A stretch of 62,783 nt of DNA, counting the filler, from Octopus bimaculoides (Eukaryota): NCBI RefSeq assembly GCF_001194135.2. It is 5 parts of 5 records of this genome, joined end to end, with 100 filler letters (N's around TTAATTAATTAA, not from the genome) between each part and the next. Parts side by side here need not be neighbours in the genome. Positions count along the whole stretch, not along the records: positions 49,594 to 56,634 come from NW_026406598.1; positions 56,735 to 60,641 come from NC_069000.1; positions 60,742 to 62,783 come from NW_026359610.1; 2 more parts are not named here. One strand, given 5' to 3'. Under the pieces are notes generated by a model that was not told the origin of the DNA, searched no databases, and worked only from the letters and a program-made list of their open reading frames with translations. Below are positions 52,532-62,783 of this stretch, in pieces (positions within the stretch are counted from its first letter, which is position 1; every line of letters begins with the position of its first letter). The translations under genes and the position numbers were made by a program.

Positions 52532-53284
52532 AGAAGCCATGACAAAAAGGTAACATGTATGAATGGCAACTAAAAGGTAACATGAATGAACTTTCCGTGA
52601 AGGTTGTAACTCTGAATGAGAAATGTTAACTGGGGTGACCTATCCCATGGGTAGCAGGGAAAACATGTAAAGCAGTGATGATTATGAGGAAGATAAGATA
52701 GTACACAATAATGTATAATATTATTTTAACTATTTTTTCCAAGTACCAGTGACAACTTGTTTTTCTTTGGTCCTATTATAATGTTTTTAGCTAAACATAG
52801 ACTTCACACAGTACTTGCTGAAGTTATGATGAGAGAATCACTAGGTAGAAATACAATATTGTACATGAGTAGATGAGAAAATTAGTGTACTTTACAGTAT
52901 GAATCTCTGAGTCTTTGAAAAACTGGTTCATGCAATTGGTTCATATGCTTTTTTGTAATGCATTTAGCCTATAGTTTTGTCATGTGTATGATTTGTGTGT
53001 GTTGATATTATATCTGAAAAATTGCATTTTATTTTGTAACAGAGAGTGAAAAAGAATCCACAACAATATGTCTACAACATAGAGGTGTTACCAGTAAGAA
53101 TCCACTTGTTCAGAGTGTAAGTGTATTAACAGTTTACCTTATTTCAAATAATATGAATAATATCTATGAGAAAGGGAAGTTTGGTCAAAAAAATCTCTTT
53201 TAAATGTTTTCTGTCTTTTAACTGTATGAAATGTATGCAAAAAGTATTTCTCAAATAATGTAACAAGTTGGAAACTCATCTCTA

Positions 53285-53430
53285 TCATTTAGTGTTCACC
53301 TTCCATGCTTGCATCAGACAGAATTTGCTGAGGCAAATTTTCTACTCTTGGATGCTTTTCCTGTTGCCAACTCTCACTTGTTTGCAAGCAATGTAATATT
53401 CTCACATAGCTAGACATGTTTTTGTGGAAG
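53285..53430 (-). mobile_element. SINE family D-related fragment
   Basis: CTTCCATGCTTGCATCAGACAGAATTTGCTGAGGCAAATTTTCTACTCTTGGATGCTTTTCCTGTTGCCAAC resembles the body at 49620-49740. Confidence 0.6.
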
Positions 53431-53494
53431 ACCATCCTATCACATACTATCTAGACAAAGGTGTGCACACGCATGCACACACACACGCACGCAT

Positions 53495-53572
<78 letters not shown>

Positions 53573-53799
53573 GTATGTTGATGTAAACAGGAAAAATAGA
53601 GCTCAAAATATGAGTATATGTATATTTTTATTAATAATTAGCAGAAGTAACGGAATGACTCAAGGTCCAAGAGTTTCATGTACTGACACTTATCAAACTT
53701 TGATAAGTGCCAACGCACAAAACTCTCGAACCTTCAGCCATTCTGTTACTTCTGCTGAATATTAATATATACATGCATACAACATTATCATCACCACAG

Positions 53800-54290
53800 G
53801 GATTGGAGGACCCTGTCAAAGGCTTTCTCCATGTCAACAAAAGCCAAGTACAGGGGTTTGTCTTTTGCTAGGTACTTCTCCTGCTGCTGCCTTACCTGAA
53901 ATATAGCATCAGTGGTACTTCTCCCTGACACAAAACCTAACTGCAACTCATCTAGACTAACCCTGTCCCTAGTTGGCCTATGACTGTCTCTGTAGCTTTC
54001 ATCACCTGATCCAACAATTTTATATCTCTGTAATTATTTCTATCTAAGGCTTTGCCTTTACTTTTGTAGCAGTTGACTATGGTGCTGCTATAACAGTCAT
54101 TGAGTATGAGACCTTCATGTACAACCTAATTAACTATTACAGGTGACTAGACTATAATCCACGCTGCCAGATATTTTAAGCTTCTCAGTGGTTATTTCAG
54201 ACGAGCCAGAGGCTTTTCCTGTCTTCATAGCCTTCATGGCTTTGTCTACTATGCTATTGTCTATTTTGATTATATGTACTAACAAATCTA
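53800..54290 (-). mobile_element. RTE-clade LINE reverse-transcriptase fragment (pseudogenised)
   Basis: Minus strand IKIDNSIVDKAMKAMKTGKASGSSEITTEKLKISGSVDYSLVT / IVN*VVHEGLILNDCYSSTIVNCYKSKGKALDRNNYRDIKLLDQVMKATETVIGQL / RDRVSLDELQLGFVSGRSTTDAIFQVRQQQEKYLAKDKPLYLAFVDMEKAFDRV. These are N-terminal RT subdomains including the DxEKAFD motif. Two frameshifts and a stop. Confidence 0.9.
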
Positions 54291-54857
54291 CCCATCTACG
54301 ATGGAGGCATAGAATGAGGGAGGGAAGTCATAAGTATGTATTGAGAAAAGTGCAACTTGGCTTGATAGATTACTGGGTGAAGTCTTAGAGCAAAGGTTCT
54401 CAACCCATTTTGTCCAAAGGTCACCTTTTGATCCTTGGAGTTACAAATGGGCTCCTCAGCAGATAATAATTAAAAAATAAAGGATGCTTGTATGCATTTG
54501 GGAGTACATATGTACAAGTTGAAATGCAAACAAAAAGAAGAAATGATGAATTGAAAGTTTGGTAACAGCGTTTATTTCCACCACATGACACTTATGAGAT
54601 CAGTGTGCTGTCTGTCGAAAGAGTGCTTTTTGGTACAAGTAAATGCTGATGAAATCATTTCAAACCTTTCTGATTTCATTCATCAAAACATCTAGAACTT
54701 GTGCAACAATCTGACATATAAGTTACTGTCACCCAGGAAGAGGATATTTTATGTTCAGGAAAGAGAATGCATTTGAAACAGAAAGGAAGAACAAGAGAGG
54801 GAGATAGATAAACAGAAAAGAGATAGAATAAGAGTGTGCATCATAATTATTAAGATG

Positions 54858-56290
54858 AAACTTATTTGGAAAAGGATGCGTGGCGTTCGATCATATAATA
54901 ATATAAATGTACGCATATATGCATACATATATGTACATACTTACATATATATGCATATATATGTAAAAAAACACGATCAAATCTTTCTGTTTTTCTCTCC
55001 CACCCTTTCTCTATTCTTCTCTCCTCTTCACCATTCCCTCTCTCTCACTCTTCCTCCTTGACTCTCTCATTGCTCACACGTGACTAATGGCCATCATCTG
55101 TCTTTCTTCCACTTCCTTCCTAATGACAAGACATGCTTTTATCTGTCTCTTCTCAAAGCTCGCTTTTCCAGCGTTCACTACTTCACATCGTCTTGGCTTA
55201 ACAGCCCTCCCCGTTTGCTTTTACTGTTTTGTTCTTACTGTCCTGTTTTTGTTACCACTTTCACCCTCCGCAAAAAATCCCAAATTTTATTTAATTTGCT
55301 TTGCGGGAAGGACTGTTTTAATGAAGACGCATCTTGTCCTTACCTTCAAAACAGTAGATAAAACAGGGGACAACTGATGAAGGGAATGTTCTTTATGTTG
55401 CATGTCTAGTTTCTCTGTTTTTTTCCATTGTTCGAAAAATGTTCGTTTTCTATGTTATTGTTTTTTATGTTCTCGTTTCTCATTTTTTCCACGTTTTTTT
55501 ATGTCCTGTACCCATATATGCATGTGTATATACATGTATATATGTAGGTATGTACATATATTTATGAATATATTCATATATTTATATATTATTATATGAT
55601 TGAACGCCACACATCCTTTTCCAAGTAAGTTTTAACTTAGTAATTACGATGCGCACTCTTTTTCTATTTCTTTTCTGTCTATCTATCTCCCTCTCTTGTT
55701 CTTCTTCCTTTTTGTTTTTCTCTTCCACCCTTTCCCTATTCTTCTCTCCTCTTCACCGTTCCCTCTCTCTCACTCTTCCTCCTTGACTCTCTCATTGCTC
55801 ACGTGACTAATGGCCATCCATCTGTCTTTCTTCCACATCCTTCCTAATGACTGTCTCTTCTCAAAGCTCGTTTTTCCAGCGTTCACTACTTCACATCGTC
55901 TTGGCTTAACAGTCCTCCCTATTTGTTTTTATTGTTTTGTTCTCAATGTCCTGTTTTCATTACCACTTTCACCCTTTGCAAAAAATTCCAAATTTTATTT
56001 AATTTGCTTTGCAGGAAGGACTGTTTTAATGAAGACTCGTGTTGTCCTTACCTTCAAAACACGGTGTAAATAAAACGGGGGGAGGCAACTGATGAAGGGA
56101 ATGTTCTTTATGTTGCATCTCTTGTTTCTCTGTATTTTTCGTTGTTCGAAAAACATTTGTTTTCTATGTTCTCGTTTCTCATTTTGTCCACGTTTTTTTA
56201 TGTCCTGTACCCATATATGCATGTATATATACATATATATGTAGGTATTCATATATGTGTATGTATATATGCATATGTTTATATATTATT
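54858..56290 (+). repeat. ~600-bp diverged tandem duplication preceded by an inverted copy of its tail
   Basis: Copy 1 ~54985-55632, copy 2 ~55715-56290. 54858-54908 matches the reverse complement of ~55580-55632. Confidence 0.85.
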
Positions 56291-56589
56291 TATACATATA
56301 TATATATACATATTATCTTTACCAACAATATCACTAATCCCCATACATTCCATCAACCATTCATATTACAGTATTATATCGATCCTAATTGCACCACGTC
56401 TAGAACTACTTACCTCCCTTACACATAATCTTTTTACTCAGGGATAGTAGACCTGACACCATTTGGTAATCGGTGCACATTCAAAGCCAGTGGACAGCAA
56501 TGACGATATCGGTATGACTTTGAATCTCTTTAACAATTCAAAATAATGACTTTTATTCCTCGTAATTCCACCTCAGTTCATGTAATTAC

Positions 56590-56634
56590 TCTTTACTCTT
56601 TTACTTATTTCAGTCATTTGACTGTGGCCATGCT
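56590..56634 (-). mobile_element. SINE family B 3' end at a gap edge
   Basis: CTTTTACTTATTTCAGTCATTTGACTGTGGCCATGCT is the reverse of the family B tail at 3680-3715. Confidence 0.7.
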
Positions 56635-57109
56635 NNNNNNNNNNNNNNNNNNNNNNNNNNNNNNNNNNNNNNNNNNNNTTAATTAATTAANNNNNNNNNN
56701 NNNNNNNNNNNNNNNNNNNNNNNNNNNNNNNNNNAACACATCACACACACGCATATGTTCTCATATACATACGTATTTATGTTCACATAAACACACATAC
56801 GTGTACACAAACACACATTTACATATATTCAGATGAACAGACGCACTCACGCGTACGCAGGTACAGACATGCGCGTCTATGAGCACACACGCGTGTTGAT
56901 GGGTGATTTGTTAGATTAATTGAGGGTAATGTAGTTATTACGTTGTATGTACTTAGAAAACATTGAATAATAAATAATAAAAAAATAAATGAAAGAAAAG
57001 GATTCCCGAAAAAAAAATTACTATCGGCCCTACTGATTGAATGGAACGATACAGGCCAAGTGAACGAGCATCAGCGTTCGAGTCTACTATAAGGTTTCAT
57101 TCAAAATGA

Positions 57110-57368
57110 AATCGACCCCAAGACTTATTCTTTGTAAGCCTAGTACTTATTTTATCGGTGTCTTATTGCCGAACCGTTAAGTTACGGCGACGTAAACACA
57201 CCAGCATCGGTTGTCAAGCGATGTTGGGGGGACAAAGACAGACACACAAATATACACACGCACACACATATATACATATATACACACACATATACGACGG
57301 GCTTCTTTTAGTTTCTGGCTACCAAATCAACTCACAAGGCTTTGGTCAGCCCGAGGCTATAGTAGAAG
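57110..57368 (-). mobile_element. SINE family B
   Basis: GCCGAACCGTTAAGTTACGGCGACGTAAACACACCAGCATCGGTTGTCAAGCG...CGACGGGCTTCTTTTAGTTTC...GCCCGAGGCTATAGTAGAAG. Confidence 0.9.
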
Positions 57369-57865
57369 NNNNNNNNNNNNNNNNNNNNNNNNNNNNNNNN
57401 NNNNNNNNNNNNNNNNNNNNNNNNNNNNNNNNNNNNNNNNNNNNNNNNNNNNNNNNNNNNNNNNNNNNTATATATACACGCACACATTTAGAAAGAAGGG
57501 AAAAAGAGAATGGGAGTAAACCAGAGACAGTGTATGAAAAATAAATTGAATATGACAAAGTGATTTTCAAAGATATGGTATGTGCGTGCGTGCGTATGTG
57601 TGTGTATATCCGGCATAGGCAAGTGAGACAGTATCAAATTAAAATAATCATATATGTACTTTACATGATGTATGTACATTGTTAATAGGCCAGTTACTGC
57701 GGTATTTATCCTGAAATAACATCTTTTATGGACATGCTGTGTTTCAGACACAATAACTAACAGAGAGAGGCAAAATCTCGCCTCATTAACGGCCAGTGAG
57801 GACACCACATGTATTTCAGCCTTTTGGGGCTTTTTCAATGATGTGCGGTAGAACAAATAGTGTCT

Positions 57866-58190
57866 TGTACCAGATTATGCAAGACCTGCTCAGAATGCCT
57901 CATCGCCCATTCCTATATACGCCCAAGACCACCTAATCTCAGGGTGTAGAGTCTTAGCACCTGTAGAATATAAAGCAAGACATGACAGAGTCGGCCAGTA
58001 TTTACACTGGACAATATGTCAGCATTATAAAATCAAAATCGCTAACAAATTATATAAACACCATCCTGAAGCTGTGACTGGGGGAGAAAATGTGTCAATT
58101 CTCTGGGACTTCCCTGTACATACCGACAAAACTATAAAGGCTAATAAACCGGGTATTATTATAGAAGATCAGACAAAGAAGAAGTGTTAT
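57866..58190 (+). mobile_element. R4/Dong-like RLE non-LTR retrotransposon fragment (zinc knuckle plus start of endonuclease)
   Basis: Uninterrupted 88-codon frame at 57927-58190, not in the ORF track because it has no ATG: DHLISGCRVLAPVEYKARHDRVGQYLHWTICQHYKIKIANKLYKHHPEAVTGGENVSILWDFPVHTDKTIKANKPGIIIEDQTKKKCY. Shows H..SGC, RHD and ILWDF.I.TD..I.AN.P(D) motifs, with the PD aspartate replaced by G. Confidence 0.85.
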
Positions 58191-58254
58191 CATTATCATT
58201 ATTATTATTATTGTTGTTGTTGTTGTTGTTGTTGCTGTTGTTGTTGTTACTGAG

Positions 58255-59222
58255 AAGGCGAGCTGGTAGAATTTTTAACACATCGGACGAAATGCTGAGT
58301 AGCATTTCTTCAGATTTTATTTTACGTTTTAAGGTCGATTTGCGGTTCATTCTTTCCGGGTCGATAAAATAAGTAGCAGTAGAGCATTGGGGTAGATGTA
58401 ATCGACTAACTGTATTTCATCAAAATTTCGGGCCTTGTGCCTATAGTAGAAAGGATTATTAGGAGAGCGGGATGTCGTCAGAGCATGGCACATTATGTCC
58501 CATAATTCCTTGCGTTATGTGTACCAGCTCTTCACCTTCTGAGTTTAAATCCTGCCGAGGTCAACTTTACCTTTTATCTCACCGGGGCCGATAAAATAAA
58601 ATACCCGTCAATATCTGGGTTGAATGGGAACGACTAATTCCCTCATTTCAATTCTGAACCTTGAGTCTATGTTAGAAGCAATAATTATTCATTTTAGTGT
58701 CATGTATTGGTAGAATCATTTGAACGTCGGACAAAATGCCTAACGTTATTTCTTTCGCTTCATTAAGTCCTGAGTTCAAATTACATTGCCTTTTATTACC
58801 TAATGTACTCGATTAAATAAAGTACCAGTCAAATGCAATCACTTGCCCTCTTCTATAGAAATACTTGGCCTTATGTCATAATTAGAAAGAATTATTATGT
58901 TATATTTTGGTCTTGCTTTAATTTATACGTGTTGCACCCAAGTCTCGACCAAAGACGTCAAGGAACAAAAATGTTTTGTATCTGAGGATGCTAAATGATG
59001 GGGTGCTGTTGTGAGATATCAGAAACGTTAGCACGTCGGACAAAATGCTTAGCGGCATTTCATCCGGTGCTTTACGTTCTGAGTTCAAATATAGCCGAGG
59101 TCGACTTTCCTTTTCATCCTTTCATGGTTGATAAATTAAGTACCAGTGAAGCACTGGGGTCGATGTAATCGACTACGTCCCTCCCCAAAAATTACAGGCC
59201 TTGTGCCTAGAAGAAAGAACTA
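58255..59222 (+). mobile_element. four co-oriented SINE family A copies (~58255-58460, 58500-58680, 58700-58890, 59010-59222)
   Basis: Each has the GAGTT(C/T)AAAT B-box or the CCGGG/GATAAAATAAGTA body, with differing divergence. Confidence 0.8.
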
Positions 59223-59408
59223 TTATTGTTGTTATTTCAATGCGTTCATCATGCATGCATATATACATACATACATACATACATATATGCATACATATAT
59301 GAATGCGTACATACATACTTACATACATGCATACATACATACATACATACATACATACATACAAACATACATACATACATACATGCATACATAGATATGT
59401 ATATGTGC

Positions 59409-59497
<89 letters not shown>

Positions 59498-59983
59498 AAT
59501 ATTTGACAGTCTACTCTGGGTTTCCTCTTCAGTAGTTCATAACAGTCGATAATAGAGGCGAGTGAAACTTAAGATAGACTATCAATTGTTGATATAAGAC
59601 ATATATCTAGCCACTATATTGAGTTCTATATCAGATAATGTCACATATTCAGTTCTACATCAGATAATGTGAGCATTATTCGTGTATATATATATGTGAA
59701 TTAGTAATGTAATGCACCAACCACACCTGTGTGAGTGTGTAGTAAGTTAAGTGTAAATTGTATAAGAAATACATCTTTTAAATATTGCAAACATTATTTG
59801 ATACAAAATTCAGTACATTATCCAGAGTGCATTGGGATATTCATTATACAAAAGTTTGCAGTCTATGTATGTATGTATGTATGTATGTATGTATGTATGT
59901 ATGTATGTATGTATGTATGTACGTACGTACGCATGCATGTATGTATGTATGCATGTATGTATGTATGTATGTATGTATGTATG

Positions 59984-60041
<58 letters not shown>

Positions 60042-60114
60042 CCTATTTATTTATCTATCTATCTATTACTGTTTGTCTATATACATACATACATAAAAAT
60101 AAATATATATACAC

Positions 60115-60331
60115 ACACGTATTGCCCAAAAGTCAGAGAGTTGTCTAAAATTTTGATAAATTTGTTGTAATTACATTTTCTTATTTGTAGTACACAAGAA
60201 TTGATTTTACACGCCTAGCGTACATATATATTTCCTATATAGATACTGTATATGGTACTAAGGTACAGTGAATTTTAAACAAAACATAAAAGAATTACCA
60301 ACACTTTTGTGATTTTTGGGACACCCTGTAT
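60115..60331. mobile_element. possible Tc1/mariner-derived MITE remnant
   Basis: Right end TTTTTGGGACACCCTGTA (reverse TACAGGGTGTCCCAAAAA, a typical Tc1/mariner terminus). Left end only weakly similar (TATTGCCCAAAAGTC). Confidence 0.35.
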
Positions 60332-60482
60332 TTAACGAAATCAACAGAGTGACTAAAGAGCCTAGAATTTTGTGCGTTGATGCAAAAATCTCGGCTCTTG
60401 AGTCACTATGTTGCTTCTGTTAAGCATTAATAAAAATATACACATACTCATACCTTCATTTCTATTTTTCTTATATACATCA

Positions 60483-60641
60483 TTGTGTGGTAAGTAGCTT
60501 GCTTACCAACCACATGGTTCCAGGTTCAGTCCCACTGCGTGGCACCTTGGGCAAGTGTCTTCTACTATAGCCTCGGGCCGACCAAAGCCTTGTGAGTGGA
60601 TTTGGTAGACGGAAACCGAAAGAAGCCCGTCGTATATATAT
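60483..60641 (+). mobile_element. SINE family B, 5' half
   Basis: TGTGTGGTAAGTAGCTTGCTTACCAACCACATGGTTCCAGGTTCAGTCCCACTGCGTGGCACCTTGGGCAAGTGTCTTCTACTATAGCC (tRNA-like head). Confidence 0.9.
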
Positions 60642-61177
60642 NNNNNNNNNNNNNNNNNNNNNNNNNNNNNNNNNNNNNNNNNNNNTTAATTAATTAANNN
60701 NNNNNNNNNNNNNNNNNNNNNNNNNNNNNNNNNNNNNNNNNTCATCTCATACCTTTCTTTCTCCACCCCCTCCTTCTTCTACACTTCTTCACACTACCTT
60801 TAACGCTATGAATAAATTTCTCTAATTTATCACCACATCTCTGTAATAATTTTCCTTTAGCCATCATGTCGAATTGGGCAGATATTTTAAAGTTAGAAAT
60901 TGTGCTCTGTCGTTTGAAGTGTTCAGATCTCTAGAGAGCGTGTTTTTAAAATATTGCAATTTGTGTTATACGGCTATCAGTCTCCAGGGGATTTACCAAA
61001 CCGATGCTTCGTGTTTCCTTCGATATTCAAATAGACGCTGACACATCGCACAGTTTCTCATTTTTGTGACAACCTTCTCCCTCAAGAAAGCGAAAAACGA
61101 TGATGATTTACTCAGCAGTCTGTAAACCCATCGTAACATTTATCATCACCATTATCATTATAATCATCAACATTATA

Positions 61178-61480
61178 GGCGCAGGCCTGGCTGTGTGGTA
61201 AGAAACTTGCGTCACATTCACATAGTATCAGGTTCAGTCCCACTGTGTGACATCTTGGGCCAGTGTCTTTTACTATAGCCTGGAGGCCAGCAAGTTCGGT
61301 TGAAGTGGAGAAGTCAGTTACACCGGCCCCTGTGCTCACTGCTACTTATTTTACCGACCCCGAAAGGATGAAAAGGAAAGTTAACCTCGTGAGAATTTGA
61401 ATCCAGGACGTCAAGACGGACGAAATGCCGCTAAGCATTTTGCTTGGTATGGTAACAATTTTGCTAGTTCGCTGCCTTAA
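61178..61480. mobile_element. SINE B 5' part (+, 61178-61285) abutting an inverted SINE A (-, ~61290-61480)
   Basis: GGCGCAGGCCTGGCTGTGTGGTAAGAAAC...ACTATAGCC, then TACTTATTTTACCGACCCCGAAAGGATG...GGACGAAATGCCGCTAAGCATTT. Confidence 0.8.
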
Positions 61481-62783
61481 TTATAGTAATATATTGTCCT
61501 AATTTTGACTATTTTTGTATTATTTTTGAGCAAGCTGTGTGTATTTTGTGAGTATCCATAGCCTCATCTACATTGCCACTCAGTTTTGTAACTGGTTGAA
61601 CAGTCCAACTGATCTATCATTCTCATGGTCCAGTTTACTGTTAGAGCTGTTCTTATGGGGCTATAATCAGTCTCCCGTGCTCTCTCTTGAATTCTCCGTT
61701 TTTTAACCTAAGGTATCTGGCTTTGTCATCCGTTAATAGATAACAAATGCGTCTTTAAATAATAATATGAATCTAAATACATGGCCAGACTTGGCTCCAC
61801 AAGTCCCGCAGCTAAAAAAGTCACTTTTAAATGTCCACGAGAGTAATATGTTAGTTTACTACATACATGTTTTACAGCAACATTCTTCCTGTAACTAGAA
61901 ACAGATTTAATATTTGTACAGATTTAATATTTGAAGAGAAAATAAATCTGGTGTAAAAGTAACTTCGAGCCCCCAACAGATTAGTAAATTATATAACATA
62001 CATTCTGAAAATCGAAATGTTATCAGCCATAGATGTAGAACGCTTAAAGAACATACAGACAAAATAAAATCTGAGAGCAAAAAGAAAACATGAAGAAAAT
62101 GCAAATAGCGAGAATATGCGAACGATAAATAACAGTATAAATATTGACAACGTACATCCCGAGGATAGACATAGCATATGCAAACCAAGTAAAATGAATT
62201 AAGATACACTGTGTCTCTCTCCTATTCCATCTCGCTTAGACATGCATTCACAAGCGCGCATGCAATAAAATCAATCCCTGGCATACCTACAGAATATTGA
62301 TTAACAAAAGCGAAGAATAAAAATGATAAAAATTAAAAAAAATAAGAATAAAATGTTTATAAAAAAATTTTAAATGTGGAAATTTTGAATATGACAATAA
62401 TTTAAATGTGGGAATAGTGAAAGAAATTAAAATCGATAGATCTTCCTATGGATGAATGGCAGACTCGTCGAAAGATAAAACTTAAGCATAAAAAGCAACA
62501 ATAACAAAACAAAAAAATAAAGAACAACAGCAAACACAAAATGGAAACCAGCTCGTCGGTGATTTAATGAAAACAAATGTAACCATCAGCATCATCGATA
62601 TAAACTAGATAATCTCTGTAGCAGGTAGAATCGTCACAAAGAATATTTAAAACCTAGTAAACAAATATGCAGTGAAAGAAAATAATATAAAAGATTACTC
62701 TGAATCCTTACTAAAAGCAAGTAAATGACAGATAGACAGACAGACAGACAGGTAGGTAGATAGATAGATAGATAGATAGATAG

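Noticed and set aside
54644-54700. Other CTGATGA heptamers (e.g. ~46946, ~46999, ~54646, ~28984)
   Set aside because: No stem II followed by GAAA and no NUH with stem I. Chance matches or microsatellite edges.

Overview
AT-rich, gap-riddled eukaryotic DNA, about a fifth of it N and saturated with (TA)n, (CA)n, (TATG)n, (TATC)n, (CAT)n and (AAT)n microsatellites. The SINE families and repeat landscape suggest a coleoid cephalopod, most likely Octopus (inference, no database search). No intact protein-coding gene can be supported: nearly all supplied ORFs are microsatellite or N-gap read-throughs, so the window looks intronic or intergenic, with a few weak candidate exons. It contains more than 25 tRNA-derived SINE copies in about 4 families and decayed fragments of CR1/L2-group, RTE and two RLE-type (R2-superfamily) LINEs. 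It also has probable Penelope-like (PLE) remnants, two perfect minisatellites, and four artificial 100-bp gap spacers (44N-TTAATTAATTAA-44N). The most interesting signal is three hammerhead-ribozyme-like motifs (43151-43196 +, 50589-50633 +, 51320-51377 -). They sit in non-coding direct-repeat or fold-back modules resembling PLE pseudo-LTRs or non-LTR retrozymes, and several further fold-back elements occur at 2.9, 23.6, 32.8 and 54.9 kb. Ribozyme activity is untested and each core deviates from the consensus.
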